From NCBI GenBank assembly GCA_013239625.1, contig MU053304.1, forward strand, positions 1,178,001-1,242,000: a stretch of 64,000 bases of DNA, in the 5' to 3' direction. A program made the position numbers and the translations under genes. Position 1 is the stretch's first letter. Every line of letters starts with the position of its first letter. Below are positions 25,581 through 37,273 of the stretch, one piece after another. This DNA comes from Lama guanicoe. Its lineage: Eukaryota. A model generated the notes under the pieces. That model was not told the DNA's origin. It did no database searches and saw only the letters and a program-made list of their open reading frames with translations.

Positions 25581-26879
25581 TATGTGAACTTATCAGGAAA
25601 AGGGAAATCCTAATAAGCTTCAGCTTTACAGCTTAAAACCTAATTCAAATAAGCACAAATAGAGCAGGAATACAGAAAATACACAGAAAATTGTATTTTG
25701 GTTAAATATTTCATCTCTGCTGACTAGTTTCATCAGAATATTACATGACTGAATCATTTAATATATATTTACCGCAACAATGTATTATTCTCTAAAAACA
25801 TGAGATGGGGGAAAGGGTTGAGAAAAGAGATATGAAAAAAGGTTTAAAAAATCTGCAATTCAAATAAATTACAATCTACCGTACAAAATTTACATAGGAA
25901 ATCTACTGAGACAAAATCTCACATACACAGGAAAAACTTGTAACACACAAAGGCAGAACAGAGAATAAAGCCATATCGCAAATAGACAGCCAAACAATCT
26001 GCAAGGATCTTTTCGGGGACCTGAGTTTCTGCCTCCCTGCTGGAGAATCCAGAGTAAGTAAACTGGCTGATAACATGCCATCAAAGAGGGGAAGGGTTGT
26101 TTACCTGGACTAGGAAACCTCTGAGACTGGCATGTAAAACAAGACCCAGGAAATGGGCAATAAAAAATGCTGTGGAACAAATTAATTCAAAATAGATATT
26201 TGAGGAGTTATAAATACCCAAGGGTGGTGAATTTCGCTCTCATCTCTTATCAGTGACAGAACCCTGGGCTAGAAACAATCCTATGATCTAAGACAGCATA
26301 CCACCCTTTTGTAGGCAGAGGATTAGTACCAATTATAGCCAAAGAATACTATCTTAAGCATGTTCTTCACATGTTCAAATTTGTTTCTATATTTTTAGTC
26401 CCTTCTTTTCCACTCCCTTTGCCTTTAGTTAATATTTTTCCTTTCCCTACAACAAACAGCTAGCTCACAGAACTTCACAACATATAGTACTTAAAAGTTG
26501 ACAATGAAACTGGACGTGAGGCTTGAGGATTTGTTAATCATTAACTTACTAAACTTGTACTTTACAACCACATAACATTTACTTCTTAGCCATTTATTCA
26601 TAAGTACAAAAGTAAAAAAATTGAAAAAATATATATCTTAATCTAAGACTGCCTGAAGCAGTGAACTACTGTATTGTGAAATAACATGAGGCACCTGACC
26701 AACCAGGAGAAAAAAATGTTGAAGCATGGTTACATGCCATAGAGCTCATGTAAAGAAACTACTTCAAGACCACAGGCAAAGAGGAAAGGTACTCAGTAGA
26801 GGAAAAATAGCCTCCAGAAAGTCTATACACAGGATCCCTGAAAATAGAGCAAAAGAGACTGAAGGGATTTTTCCGCCGG

Positions 26880-27015
26880 TTCCCTTATTATAATAATGGG
26901 ATGCCTGAAGCCTAGAGAGGTGCGATGACTTGCCCAGAGTGACATGACTAGCTAACGAGTCAAGACCCAGCTCAGATCTTTCACTTCCCAGGCTTCTGCA
27001 TTGCCCACTACAACA
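26880..27015 (-). mobile_element. MIR SINE
   Basis: ctgaagcctagagaggtgcgatgacttgcccagagtgacatgactagc. Confidence 0.7.
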
Positions 27016-27309
27016 CAAGGCTTCCCATCTACTCTACAAGACTAACATGAAAAATAAATACTACCCACTGGCCTAATAAAAACTATAAACCAGTAATCGG
27101 ATTATAACTCTACACAACTAGAGCATTTAGAATAACACATCTCATTTTGTATTATAAACTGTGGTTACTGCCTGGAAACTTATTAATAACCTCATTAGGC
27201 TCTATCTACAAACCTTCATTCTAAAGCACTAAATCAAAAAAAGTTAGCAAGAAACCAAGACCCTACAGAGGAAATAAAACTATTTCATATGAGAGAGTCA
27301 TATTTTGTT

Positions 27310-27435
27310 TCAGAGAGCACAGATTTTGAAGTGAGGTATATCTGGGTTCAAATTCTAGCTCAACTGCACAATGTGTGATTGTGGACAAGCCTTCACCTTG
27401 ATTTCCCACCTGCAATGATGCTGGGGATAATACCG
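27310..27435 (+). mobile_element. MIR SINE
   Basis: gagcacagattttgaag...ctgggttcaaattctagctc...tgtgtgattgtggacaag. Confidence 0.7.
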
Positions 27436-27939
27436 CTTGATTCTTTGTCTATTTCAACTTTATGCTCATACAACTACCCCTCAAAACTTGCCAGCTACAC
27501 CACAATGATAAACAGTATACTAAACACCTTTTAAAAAAAAAAGTCATTTCAAAGTAAGTTATGTTCAGCTCAGTAATTCCAAAATGTAGATACCTATTAC
27601 ACAATGCAAGAAGTTTTGATGCATTTTTGGGAACTGCAGAAACAGAAACACCTTATGTGCAGATGAGTTTATTTTATACACATGTTTCCATTACTTCTTA
27701 AGAGCCGGACATCTAATGAAGCTTTCTGCAAGAAATATTTTGCTTAGCCTGGACGTGGATTTATTTGAATATCCGGGAAGCTGTCAAAATCGATCTCAAA
27801 CTGCATTATACTCAAGGCGCAGAATGTCAACTCTTCATTGGGCCTCCTCTCTCTTTTTTCACAAGAGCGCCTTTAATATCCCCTAGCTTACATTTCCGGG
27901 CCCATGAGTCACTGAGAAATGAGCTCTAAGTTTCCCTTA

Positions 27940-28450
27940 GAATGCCACTCCACAGCTCCTCCACAGCATTCAAGGATCTGGCCCCCAAACAACTCTTTGG
28001 CCTAGCCCCACTCCCCACCACGGTCCTACGCAACAAACTGCATTATGTACTATTTCCAGACTATGCCTTTTTACCTTTGTCCTCTAGCTTTACTGCCCCT
28101 CCACATACCGTTCTCTTCTGCAGCTCTCCTCTCTCCCAAATCCCATCGGGCCTTCAAGACCCCGCTTTGCACCGCCTCGCCCAAGAAGCCTTCCAGATTC
28201 CTGCTAGGCGGAAGTGATCGATCGGTCCGGTCTTCCCTGGGTACCTTTCTAGCATTTTGCAGTTCTTTCACAGGACTTATCACCTCCTTCCTTGTAGCGT
28301 GGTTATTTGTGTACTCGTCTTATCTCCCACACCAGAGCGTAAGCTCCTCGGGGGAGGGGACCGCGGGCCCGGGTTCACCTTTGAATCCCTCCGGCGCGGA
28401 CAGACCAGGGCGCCTGCACACAGTGAGCGTGCAGGCTGGTTCAACCGAAC
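27940..28450 (+). mobile_element. L2 3' end extending into the CpG-island shore
   Basis: cagcattcaaggatctggcc...aagccttccagattcc...ctcccacaccagagcgtaagctcctcggggga...gcgcctgcacacagtgagcg. Confidence 0.65.
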
Positions 28451-29640
28451 TCGGGAACGCTCCGGCCGCACAATTCCTAACCAGAAATCAGTTAGGCATT
28501 TTCCCGAAATGAAGATCACAGAGATGCTCTCTGCCTCCCGATAACAGGAAGTTTACCAAGGGCCAGGAGCCAGGTGCCCGGAGCCCTTGTGCGGTGGGAG
28601 TGACAGTTGGCCGGGCCCGCACTTCCCTGCCGCGGCCGCGAACATCCCCACGCCGCCAACCCCGCCAGAGAACCACGGAAGCTGGCAGGACAGCGCGGGG
28701 CCCCCGGAGCTCCGGCCGCAGGCCCCCGGCGCCGCGCCGGCGAAGATGAGGGGGGAAGGCTCCGCGAGGGACCCGGGCCGGGCGGAGAGGGCAGGCCGGG
28801 CCGCTCCCCCGACTCCTGGGCCAGAGCGGGCCGGGGCGGCCGCCGCCACCTGAGAAAATGGAGGCAGCCCCGGGGCCGGTGATGGGCCGGGGCAGAGCAG
28901 GCGGAAGCCGGGCTGGCGTCCGCGCCGCGAGCAGGGTCGGGCCGGGGGTCACTCACGGGGCTGGGCCGGGCGACTCCCTCTCCGCCTCCGCGTCGTCGCC
29001 GTCCCCGTCCTCGGCCGCCGCCGCCTCGGGCTGCTCGCTCGGTCCCCGCGGCGCGGCTCCGGCGCTCGGCCCCTCCGTTGTCTTCCGCCCGCTCCTGCTC
29101 CCGGCGACAGGATCCCGCGACGGCGGCGGCGGCGGCTGCGCGGGCGGACGGCGGCCCAGGGGCTCCCGCGGCGGCCGCCGCACTGCTGCGCGCGCTAGCT
29201 CGTTCGGGCTGTGGCTGCGGCTCTGTTGCGGGGCCCGGCAACGCCTTCGCCTTCGCCCGGCTCCCGCAGATTCAGTCTCTCCCAGGCCGCGCCGCTCCCC
29301 GCTCCCAGCCCGAGCCCGGCTTTGACGTGCGCACTGCGCAGCCGCCGAGGGCGCGATGTCGGGCGGCGCCGCAACGCCCCCTACGGCCTCGGGCGCCCCC
29401 GGGCGGCCGGGCGGACTCAGGCCGTAGGAGTCCGCGCCGAGGCCGAAGCGCGAGCGAGCGCAGAGAAAAGCGGAAGCAGAGGAAGAGAGTTCCTCTCTTT
29501 TCAACCTGCCACTTAAAAGTAGGTGCTCAGCCATTTGTCGTCTGTCTAAGCACTCTTCCTGGAGGAATCCTCCGTCCACTTTCTACCACCACTTCCTGAA
29601 TTCTTAACAAAGCTTTATTTCTGCTCAAGGCCGGGGCCCG
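28150..29640. promoter_or_regulatory. CpG island / TATA-less promoter
   Basis: Very high GC and CpG density. Motifs: (CGG)5 at 29121-29135; TGACGT CRE-like at 29323-29328 overlapping TGCGCACTGCGCA; ETS-like GCGGAAGC 29470-29477 and ACAGGAAGT 28544-28552; YY1-like CAGCCATTTG 29528-29537. Confidence 0.9.
28957..29330 (-). other. STRBP: Non-coding first exon (5'UTR) of a CpG-island gene, tentatively STRBP; 5' boundary (TSS) approximate
   Basis: Ends at consensus donor CCC|GTGAGT. No minus-strand ATG between 28957 and 29530. The segment GGGCGGAAGACAACGGAGGGGCCGAGCG...GACGACGCGGAGGC...GCCCGGCCCAGCCCC matches my recollection of STRBP exon 1, and the long first intron and MIR-dense upstream fit. 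Identity is recalled, not verified. Confidence 0.5.
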
Positions 29641-29729
29641 ACTTGTGTAGATTCATCCCTTCATACTTTCCAGGGTTGGGTAACTCATTTTGGCATCCTC
29701 TGAGAGAGAGCCTAGAAGGTGATCGAATG

Positions 29730-29945
29730 ATCCATGTTAATAGGATTCAACAGCCTCGATCTGAACCTCAACTCCACCATTTAGCCTCCATGGGCTATTT
29801 CCCTATTCCTGCGTTCTTTCACACACAGTAATACAGTACCACAGGCTTACGATGATGAAGGAGATAATGCGTTGCAAGACTCTGACAAACAGACTCTGGT
29901 ACAGAAAAATGCCATACATGCCTATTTTAGTTTCTTCCTGTTGCT
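29730..29945 (+). mobile_element. MIR SINE
   Basis: tcgatctgaacctcaactccaccattta...gatgatgaaggagataatgcgttgcaagactctgacaaac. Confidence 0.55.
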
Positions 29946-29959
29946 TTGTTTTTAATTTG

Positions 29960-31864
29960 TAATTGAACAGGTATTTTTGAGCATCTACTGGGTGCCACGT
30001 GCTACTCTGGGTGGTGGGGCAATGAACAAAACAGCCCCTACTCCTGAGACCAACAAACCAACATATATGTGACATTAGATGGTTTTCGGTGCTGTTGAGG
30101 AAAACCACACTGGCTAAGGAGGGAGAGAGTGCAGGGCATTGGTATTCATAGTACTTCTGCAGGGAGTCAGCGACTCCAAGAAAGAGCCTAAAGTACCTTG
30201 AGCTATGTGTATGGAAAGGCAGAGGGAACAGCAAGGACGAAGGCCCTGAGGTGGGATGCCATGGAGGGCAGAAGGCAGAGATGGGGCGAGACTGAAGGCT
30301 AAACAGACCTAGGTGGAGACGATGGTTTTTGCCCTGAATGAAACAGGGTTAGGAGGGTTTTGAGCAGAGAGAAGGCATGGTCTGACGTTTCAGAAGAATT
30401 ACTCTCAGTTTGTGGTGTGAAGACCAGCCTAAAGGGCCTGATGGTTTCAGCCAGGAAACCAGTTAGAAGGCTTTTGAAATAATCCAGTGACAGAGACAGG
30501 CTCAGCCCAGTGGAAGACTAAAGAAAGAAGTGGTCAGGTTCTGGGCACATTTAGAAGGTAGAGCTGGCAGGATTTTATTGATTTCTCAGGTTGTTTGTTT
30601 GTTTGTTTCTGTTTTGTTTTCTCGAGCACCTGGAAGATACAGTTTGGTGAAATGGGGAAGACGAACAGAAACAGATATGAAGGGAGGAACTTGGAAATGC
30701 ACTTGGGGGGCGTATTGAGTTTGAGGTGCCTTTTTGATGCCTGAGTAGGAAGCTTAATGTGGAAGTCTGAGGTTTCGGGGCAGAGCTGGGCTGGAGATAG
30801 AATCTGAGGAGTCCACAGAGTAAGTAAAATCTCAGGACTCAATGAGATCATTTAGGGAGAGAGTGTTAATAAAAGGTAAGGCCAAGGATGAGCAAAGGCC
30901 TCAACAATGAGAGGTCAAGGGGATGACAAGGAACCAGCAAAGGATCCCGAGAGGAGCCAAGGTGGCAGGAGGAGACCCAGGAAAGCTTCGTATGCTGGAA
31001 GATCAGGGATGGAGGAAGGATCCATGCCTCCAAATGTGGCTAATAGTTTAAGTAAGGTTAGTACTGGTGATTGGTCATTGGTGTCAGCACCACAGAGGTA
31101 TTTAGTGGCCTTGGTAAGATCTGTTTCTGCAGAGATGGGTGGGGAAGCCTGACTGGAGTGGTCTCTAGAAAGTATGAGACCTAGAAGGATCTCTAGAAAG
31201 AATGGGACTTTAGAACGAGAGACCATGAGTGTAGACAACATTTTCATGAAGATTTGTTCTAAAGAGGGGCAGAGAAATGAGGTGGTGGCCAGAAGAGAAT
31301 GTGAAATCAAAACAGATTTTTTGTTTTATATCATTCGTTTTGTTTTGAGGATGGGAGCTGTTAGAGCCAACTTACCTGCTAATGCGAATGATTCAGGAGT
31401 GAGGGGACTTTTGATGATTGGGATGGAGCAGCTTTTCCTGGAGAGCTGTCCTTGAGTGAGCAAGAAGAGGAGGTTGCAGCGCGCTGTCAGGGGTCTGGTC
31501 TTGGGGACCAGCAAGGTCACGTTCACTCACAGTAACTGCGGGTGGGCAGCCCAGTGGACACAGAGGCAGGGAGCGTGGTAGATGAGGTGCCAGAACATGT
31601 GGACATTCCCTTTGAGCGCTTCTGTTTTCTCAGAGAAATAGGAAACAAGGTCATCAGCTCAGAGCATGAAGAGGGAGGAGCTTTTGGAAGTTTGAGGGGA
31701 TAGGAGAAGGTGTAAAGAAGGGCCAGTCAGCAGGACCAGTCTGTTTCTCAGAGACCACATTTTGCTAGGATGGTGCAGGCACAGGTTGGTGGGGACTAGG
31801 ATTCAGCTAGGGTTATTTTTGTTAGATAACTCCATAGAGAGAAAACAGGGAAAGAAAGGGGAGG

Positions 31865-31923
<59 letters not shown>

Positions 31924-32200
31924 TACACAAAGACGCACACACACACACATATACAAGGAAGTAGTTATAGTAATGGCCCACTGTTGCCTCCAAGCTGGAT
32001 AGGAGGGAGGAGAAAATGGCAGGGGGTTGAAGAGCAGTGGGAGGGGAGACACCCTGTGAAAATGGTAGTAGGATCTATGGACGGATGGGTGTTGTAATCA
32101 GCACAGTAGGCAGAGTGAGCTGGAAAGGAGGAGATGCCAGTCAGAGAGCCAGATTGCTCACCCTGAAATTATGGAGGAAGCAGTTTCTAGTAAATGACAA
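29960..32200 (-). mobile_element. Long L2 remnant
   Basis: Starts with the reversed L2 tail (aacaggtatttttgagcatctactgggtgcca); continues ggccctgaggtggga, ggagggttttgagcagaga, gggctggagatagaatctgaggagtc. Confidence 0.8.
31866..31951. repeat. Compound (GT)(TA)n(CA)n microsatellite
   Basis: Directly visible dinucleotide runs. Confidence 0.95.
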
Positions 32201-32207
32201 CACCTGG

Positions 32208-32345
32208 GGCAGCTTCTCAAACTGTAATGTCCATATACATTAATGGAACGTCTTATTGAACTGCAGATATTGAGTCCATGGGTCTAGGGTGGTGCCCTGC
32301 ATGTCTAACAAGGTGGGGGTAGGATGGAGAAGGGTGCTGATTGTT
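32208..32345. mobile_element. MER5A-like hAT-Charlie MITE
   Basis: gcagcttctcaaactgtaatgtccata...tgcagatattgagtccatgggtctagggtggtgccctgcatgtctaacaag. Confidence 0.7.
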
Positions 32346-32388
32346 CTTATTCTGGTTATAGCCTTGATTCCAAGACCTCAATAAATGC

Positions 32389-32416
32389 AACACACACACA
32401 CACACACACACACACA
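32389..32416. repeat. (CA)n microsatellite
   Basis: Directly visible. Confidence 0.95.
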
Positions 32417-33674
32417 AAGACTAATCTTGCTCGTGAATATATACATGAAAAAACGTAAATAAAAAGTGTGAAATATAAGTAAAATAATCACATGTTAAAA
32501 GTTAAGTTCATTCCAACCAAGGACAGTTGATCTCAAACATATTAGAAAAACCACAGCTGTCTAGCTGAGAGAGGAATCAGCTGGTGGAAAGGCCTGAGCA
32601 GGCGGTTCCTGGAGCTGTCTCTGCTTCTCTCTAGCAACCCTGGAAGGGAGGTGCCCGGCCCTCTTGTTTTATCTAATTTTGAAACTTTGTTCAATAAGAA
32701 CTTTACCCCCACAGCTTTATTTTTTTGTTAAAGAGGAGAGTTCTTTTTAGTTGTAGTTCCCCAAAGGGCAGCCTTTATTGCACTGATATCCCCCCAAAAC
32801 AAGTCAAGACCCCGCTTCCCACAAAATAAAAGAATGCATGGGGGTGGATAATCCTGTATGCCAGGTTTTGATTCCTTTGCTTTAAGGGTCAGAGTGGGAT
32901 TCCAGATTAATCTCTTAACTGGGATAAGTCCACTGCAGCTGAGAATTGTAGCAGCAAGATGACAGAAATTTCTGGAGGAGGGGTTTGTGACAAATTCTCA
33001 TGCCAAAGCCCCCTTTGGAAGAAGCCCCCTTCATCTGACCACTTGAATTTACACTGGGAGACACCTTCCCAATCCTTCCACCAGCTCAAATCCCTTTCTC
33101 TTAATATATCATATATGTTATATAATATATTCTATAATTTATAATATATGAGGCAAAACCTCTTTCTAGCAAATTCGTCCACCTCTTCATCTGGAAACCC
33201 TCTCAAGAGAGGCCCCTCACCCTCCCGGGCCATGTCCACAGACAGCAGGGTCATCATTCTCCTGGATCCCGTGTTGGTCCCGTGTAAATCTGCTTTCATT
33301 TCCCTTCCTCTCCTCTGCTGAAGCTGGGCCATCGGATAAAGGCACCTCCCTGCCTTAATCACACCACTCGTGAAAGGACTGTGAAGCCTGACTCACAGCT
33401 TCCCTCCCCACCCCACCCCATGCCTGACTTCTCCCAGGCAACGCAGTGCCACTCATCTGATATACTGGGTCATGGTTGCCTCGTATTCTCTGACCTTCAC
33501 TTCCACCCCACTCGACAGGCACTTGGTTAGCCCCACCCTGGTCCCTGCAGTCACCACGGCTCTACCTTTGAAGCTTGAACTCTGTAACTCTCCTATTTAA
33601 CTGCTCCTCCCATCCATCCGCCCTTCCCACGCCCTCATACCCACAAAACCTGCTCTGAATCTCATTGAAACTTT

Positions 33675-35570
33675 GTTTGTTCAACAAATACATATTGAGA
33701 GCATGTAATTACTGGGCACAAGCAGTGGGAATGAGACATCGGGATAACACATGGTCCCTGCTCTCAACGAGCCTGTAATCCAGGAAAGGCACACGAGGAA
33801 ACAGCAACTGCAGGAGAGTTAAATGTGAAACGTGAATAAGATTTAGCCAGTTGAAAATGGGGGTAGATGTTCAGGGAAAATCGTGATTAGTACGCAAAGC
33901 AGGAAAGCACAGAGAATTTGGGAAAGTGCATATGAGTAGTTCAGTATATAGAGCTTAGAGCTTGAGGAGGAGAATTTTATTTTTTATTGCTGTTTCTTTT
34001 TTTCCCCAGCTTTACTGGGATATTATTGACGTACGTTTATGTACGTATGTACATATGTAAGTTTATGTAAGTTTAAGGTATACAATATGATGATTAGATA
34101 CGTGTATATATTGCAGATTATCACAGTCAGGTTAGTTCCAAGTCTTCATCCCCTCACATAATTATGACTGTGTGTATGTGCGTGGTGATAACATGTAAGA
34201 TCTATTCTCTTAGTAACTTTCAAGTATATGATGTAGTATTGTTAATTATAGTCAGCATGCTGTACATTAGATATGTACCTCTCTATGGGCATTATATACA
34301 TTATATATTATATGTACCTTGTATATTTTATGTTTACATTAAACCTATTGTATTTACATTGGATATAGTATGGACATATCTCTATTTCCCCACCTGCAGC
34401 CCCTGGCAGCCATCATTCTACTCTCTATTTCTGTGAGTTCAGCTTTTTTGGATTCTGTATATGTAAACAAAAATGTACAGTATTTGTCTTTCTCTGTCTG
34501 ACTCATTTCACTTAGTAGAATACCCTCGGGGTCTATCCACGTTTCACAAGTGGCAGGATTTGAGGAGGGGTTTTGGCACCAGATAAGGTTGGAGGATAAG
34601 AAAGGTCCAATAAGGAAGAGCTGTGTCATCCCTGTTCAACAGGAAGGCAGTGGGGGTGAGTTGGGTGGAGTGAGCATTGAAACTTTCAGCCAATGAATGT
34701 TTGAGTGACAGGCTCAGATCTGAACTTTAGATTTAGGAACACTGCTCAGATCCTGCATGCACAGTGGATGAGAAGAAGGCCAGATTACAGACTGTGAGAC
34801 TAGTAGGAGGCTCTTCTCATTCTGGCAAGAGATGATGGGGCCTGAGCTAGAACTGTGACAGTGGGCATGGAGAAAAGTGAATAAGTAGGAAAAAAAGTGT
34901 CTAGAAGGCAGTCATTGGTGATTTGAAGGATATTCATGGTAGAGAAGAATAATGAATATAGGGTGAAAACCAGACTTTTGACATGGGCAACTGTTTGGAT
35001 AATAGGGCTAATTTGTTGGATGGGCACCATCTAGAAAAAATCAAAAGATAGGATGAAAACTAGGAGAACATTATGTCCCATGGGCACATTACAAGAGAAG
35101 GAATAGTCAGCAGTCTAGTGCTCTAGTAGAGTCAAGTAACAGGAGAATTTTAGTGACCTTGGGGAGAGCTGTACCAGTGGAGTGATGGGTGGAGAGGCAC
35201 CGATACAGCAGTGGATTTAAGGTGTGAGTAGGAGATATGGAAATGGAAATAATGAGTAGAGGTCACACTTTCAAGACAGGGAAGTAGTGAGAAAGGCCTG
35301 GTCAGGAGAGGGTCTGGAATTTTGCAGAGACTTGAGCTCATGGAAGGGAATAGTTCAAGAAGCTGAAGGTACGCGAAACAGAAGGGAATCACAGATGCTT
35401 GGAGGTCCCTAAGAAGGGAGGAGGCTTCAGGGGAGCATAAGAGAAGGAGGAGGGCTCCCTCTTTGTAACAGCAAAGACCAAAGAGGGTAGAGGTCCAGGA
35501 AGATAGTGGTTGGTGAAATAAGGGGGAGGTTCCTGGGAGCTGAGGTGTGTAGGATGTGTTTTGTTAAGGA
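33675..35570 (-). mobile_element. L2 remnant interrupted by L1
   Basis: ttgttcaacaaatacatattgagagc...atggtccctgctctcaa; resumes after 34560 (gagatgatggggcctgagctag, tagtgaccttgg). Confidence 0.7.
33976..34560 (-). mobile_element. L1MA-like 3' end
   Basis: T-rich tail, cagctttactgggata, aagatctattctcttagtaactttcaagtat, tatttgtctttctctgtctgactcatttcacttag; imperfect flanking repeat ttgaggagg at 33962 and 34560. Confidence 0.85.
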
Positions 35571-35845
35571 AAAGGGAGGGTAATTTTGTTCTGAAGTAGA
35601 ATGGCTGGTTGTTCCAGAATAAGAAAGAGGAAAGTGTAGGACACAACCTGAGTGGATATAGAAAGTTATAGAAGGTTCTAGAAAAGGGAATTTTGTTTGT
35701 CATGATCAAAGCTGGCTAAGGTTTGATGGATTTATTTATGATTTTCAAAAAAAGCTTTAGTATCAAATATAATGATGCAAAACTAGAATTTGGTTTTCTC
35801 TCTGTTAAAATAAGAAAATTATTGATCTGCCCTTCATGAGAGGTT

Positions 35846-36317
35846 TGAGAGATTGACTAATGGCCCCCTAAAGATGGCCATGGCTCAATCTCTGCAATCT
35901 GTAAATATGTCACCTTATATGGTAAAAGGAACTTTGCAGATGTGGTTAAGTTAAGGATCTTGAGATGGGAAGATTATCCTGGACGTCTGGTGGGCTCAGT
36001 GAAATCACAAGTGTCCTTATAGGAAGGAAGCAGGAGGGTCAGAATAAGAAAAAGAAACTGAAAGAGTTTGGTAGATAGTTCACTGCTGGATTTGAAGATG
36101 GAGGCAGGGGCCATGAGCCAGGAATGAAAAGGGCTTGCAGACACTGGAAAAAGCAAGGAAATGGATGCTTTCCTAAAGCCTCCAGGAAGATCCAGCTCTG
36201 CTGACACCTCAGCTTTAACCCAATGAGACTGATTCTGGACTTCTGATCTCTAGAACTATATTTTAAAGCTCCTAAATTTGTGTTAATTTGTTCAAGCAGC
36301 AAGAAGAAATGAATGTG
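35846..36317 (+). mobile_element. MaLR solo LTR (MLT1D-like) inserted into the ERV1 internal region
   Basis: taatggccccctaaagat...tggtaaaaggaactttgcagatgtggttaagttaaggatcttgagatggg; 5-bp TSD AGGTT at 35841-35845 and 36318-36322. Confidence 0.9.
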
Positions 36318-36951
36318 AGGTTGTAAAAGGTTACTCTTTACCTTCTGTGTAGTTTGCAAGGTAACAAAGATTCTGTGTTTTGCCAGAATAACCTTCCATG
36401 GTTTGTGCTGACTTTATTACGTCTTGGATCATTTAAGAGAACAAAGTTTTCTTACTTAGGAGAGAGTTAAGATTCTTTACAGTCATGTTACCTCCTATGT
36501 TTATTTTTAAAACCCTTCACTGTCACTATAAGTAAGTAGCCAAGTATTATTTCTCAGGAACTCATGATCTTATCTTACTCATGTGTTCAAATTTCCTGCC
36601 AGCTTTTGATTATTTGCCATTCTCCGAATTGATCCTAAATGATACATTTTGCACCTAAAACTGTCTTTAAGATTTCCCAAAGGACAAAACACAAAGGATT
36701 TGTTCTTTCATTGTAAAAAGAGAAATGCTAGGAAGTCATTGGGTTTATTTGATGGTTACTATTGATGAGTTGCATAGGAAGAGTTGTTATATTGGAAGAG
36801 ATGCTGCTTAGCATGCCCCTGGTTAAATCGGTACGATAAAATGTGATTAAATTCGGATGTCAGGAACTATAAGCTGAAGGGGAAATTCCTAGAGCATTGT
36901 CCAGGCTTTCACTGGCCCCATTGTTTCTTGGAGCTGCTATATTTGACGGTA

Positions 36952-37273
36952 CAGTCATCCCTCAATATCCACAAGGGGTTCTAGGATCTCCCACAGATAC
37001 CAACATCTGTGGATGCTCAAGTCTCTCATACAAAATGGCAAAGTATTTGCATATAAACTATGCACATCCTCCCATATTCCTTAGATTACTGGTAATGCCG
37101 CCTACAGTGTAAGTGTTGTATAAGTAGTTGTGAATGCAATGTAAATAGTTGCCAATGTGCTACAAGATCAAGTTTTGCTTTTTGGGAACTTTCTGGAATT
37201 TTTTTCCAGAATATTTTCTATCCACGGTTGGTGGAATCTGCAGCTGTGGAACCCGTGCACACAGGGCCAACTG
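36952..37273 (+). mobile_element. MER2-family Tigger MITE inserted into the ERV1 internal region
   Basis: TA|cagtcatccctcaatatccac ... cagggccaactg|TA. Confidence 0.9.

Larger units (their letters stand above)
1..28956 (-). other. First intron (partial) of the minus-strand gene promoted from the CpG island
   Basis: Begins at GTGAGT (28956-28951, minus strand). AT-rich, and the plus strand looks A/C-skewed as expected for minus-strand transcription. No credible coding exon seen; exon 2 is probably beyond the left edge. Confidence 0.7.

Noticed and set aside
28953..29579. 208-aa minus-strand ORF open across the exon-1 donor, plus other overlapping CpG-island ORFs
   Set aside because: It starts at GTG, and the only ATG (29534) has weak context and probably lies upstream of the TSS. 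The product is low-complexity Ala/Gly/Pro/Arg, and long ORFs in all frames are expected from stop-codon depletion at this GC content.
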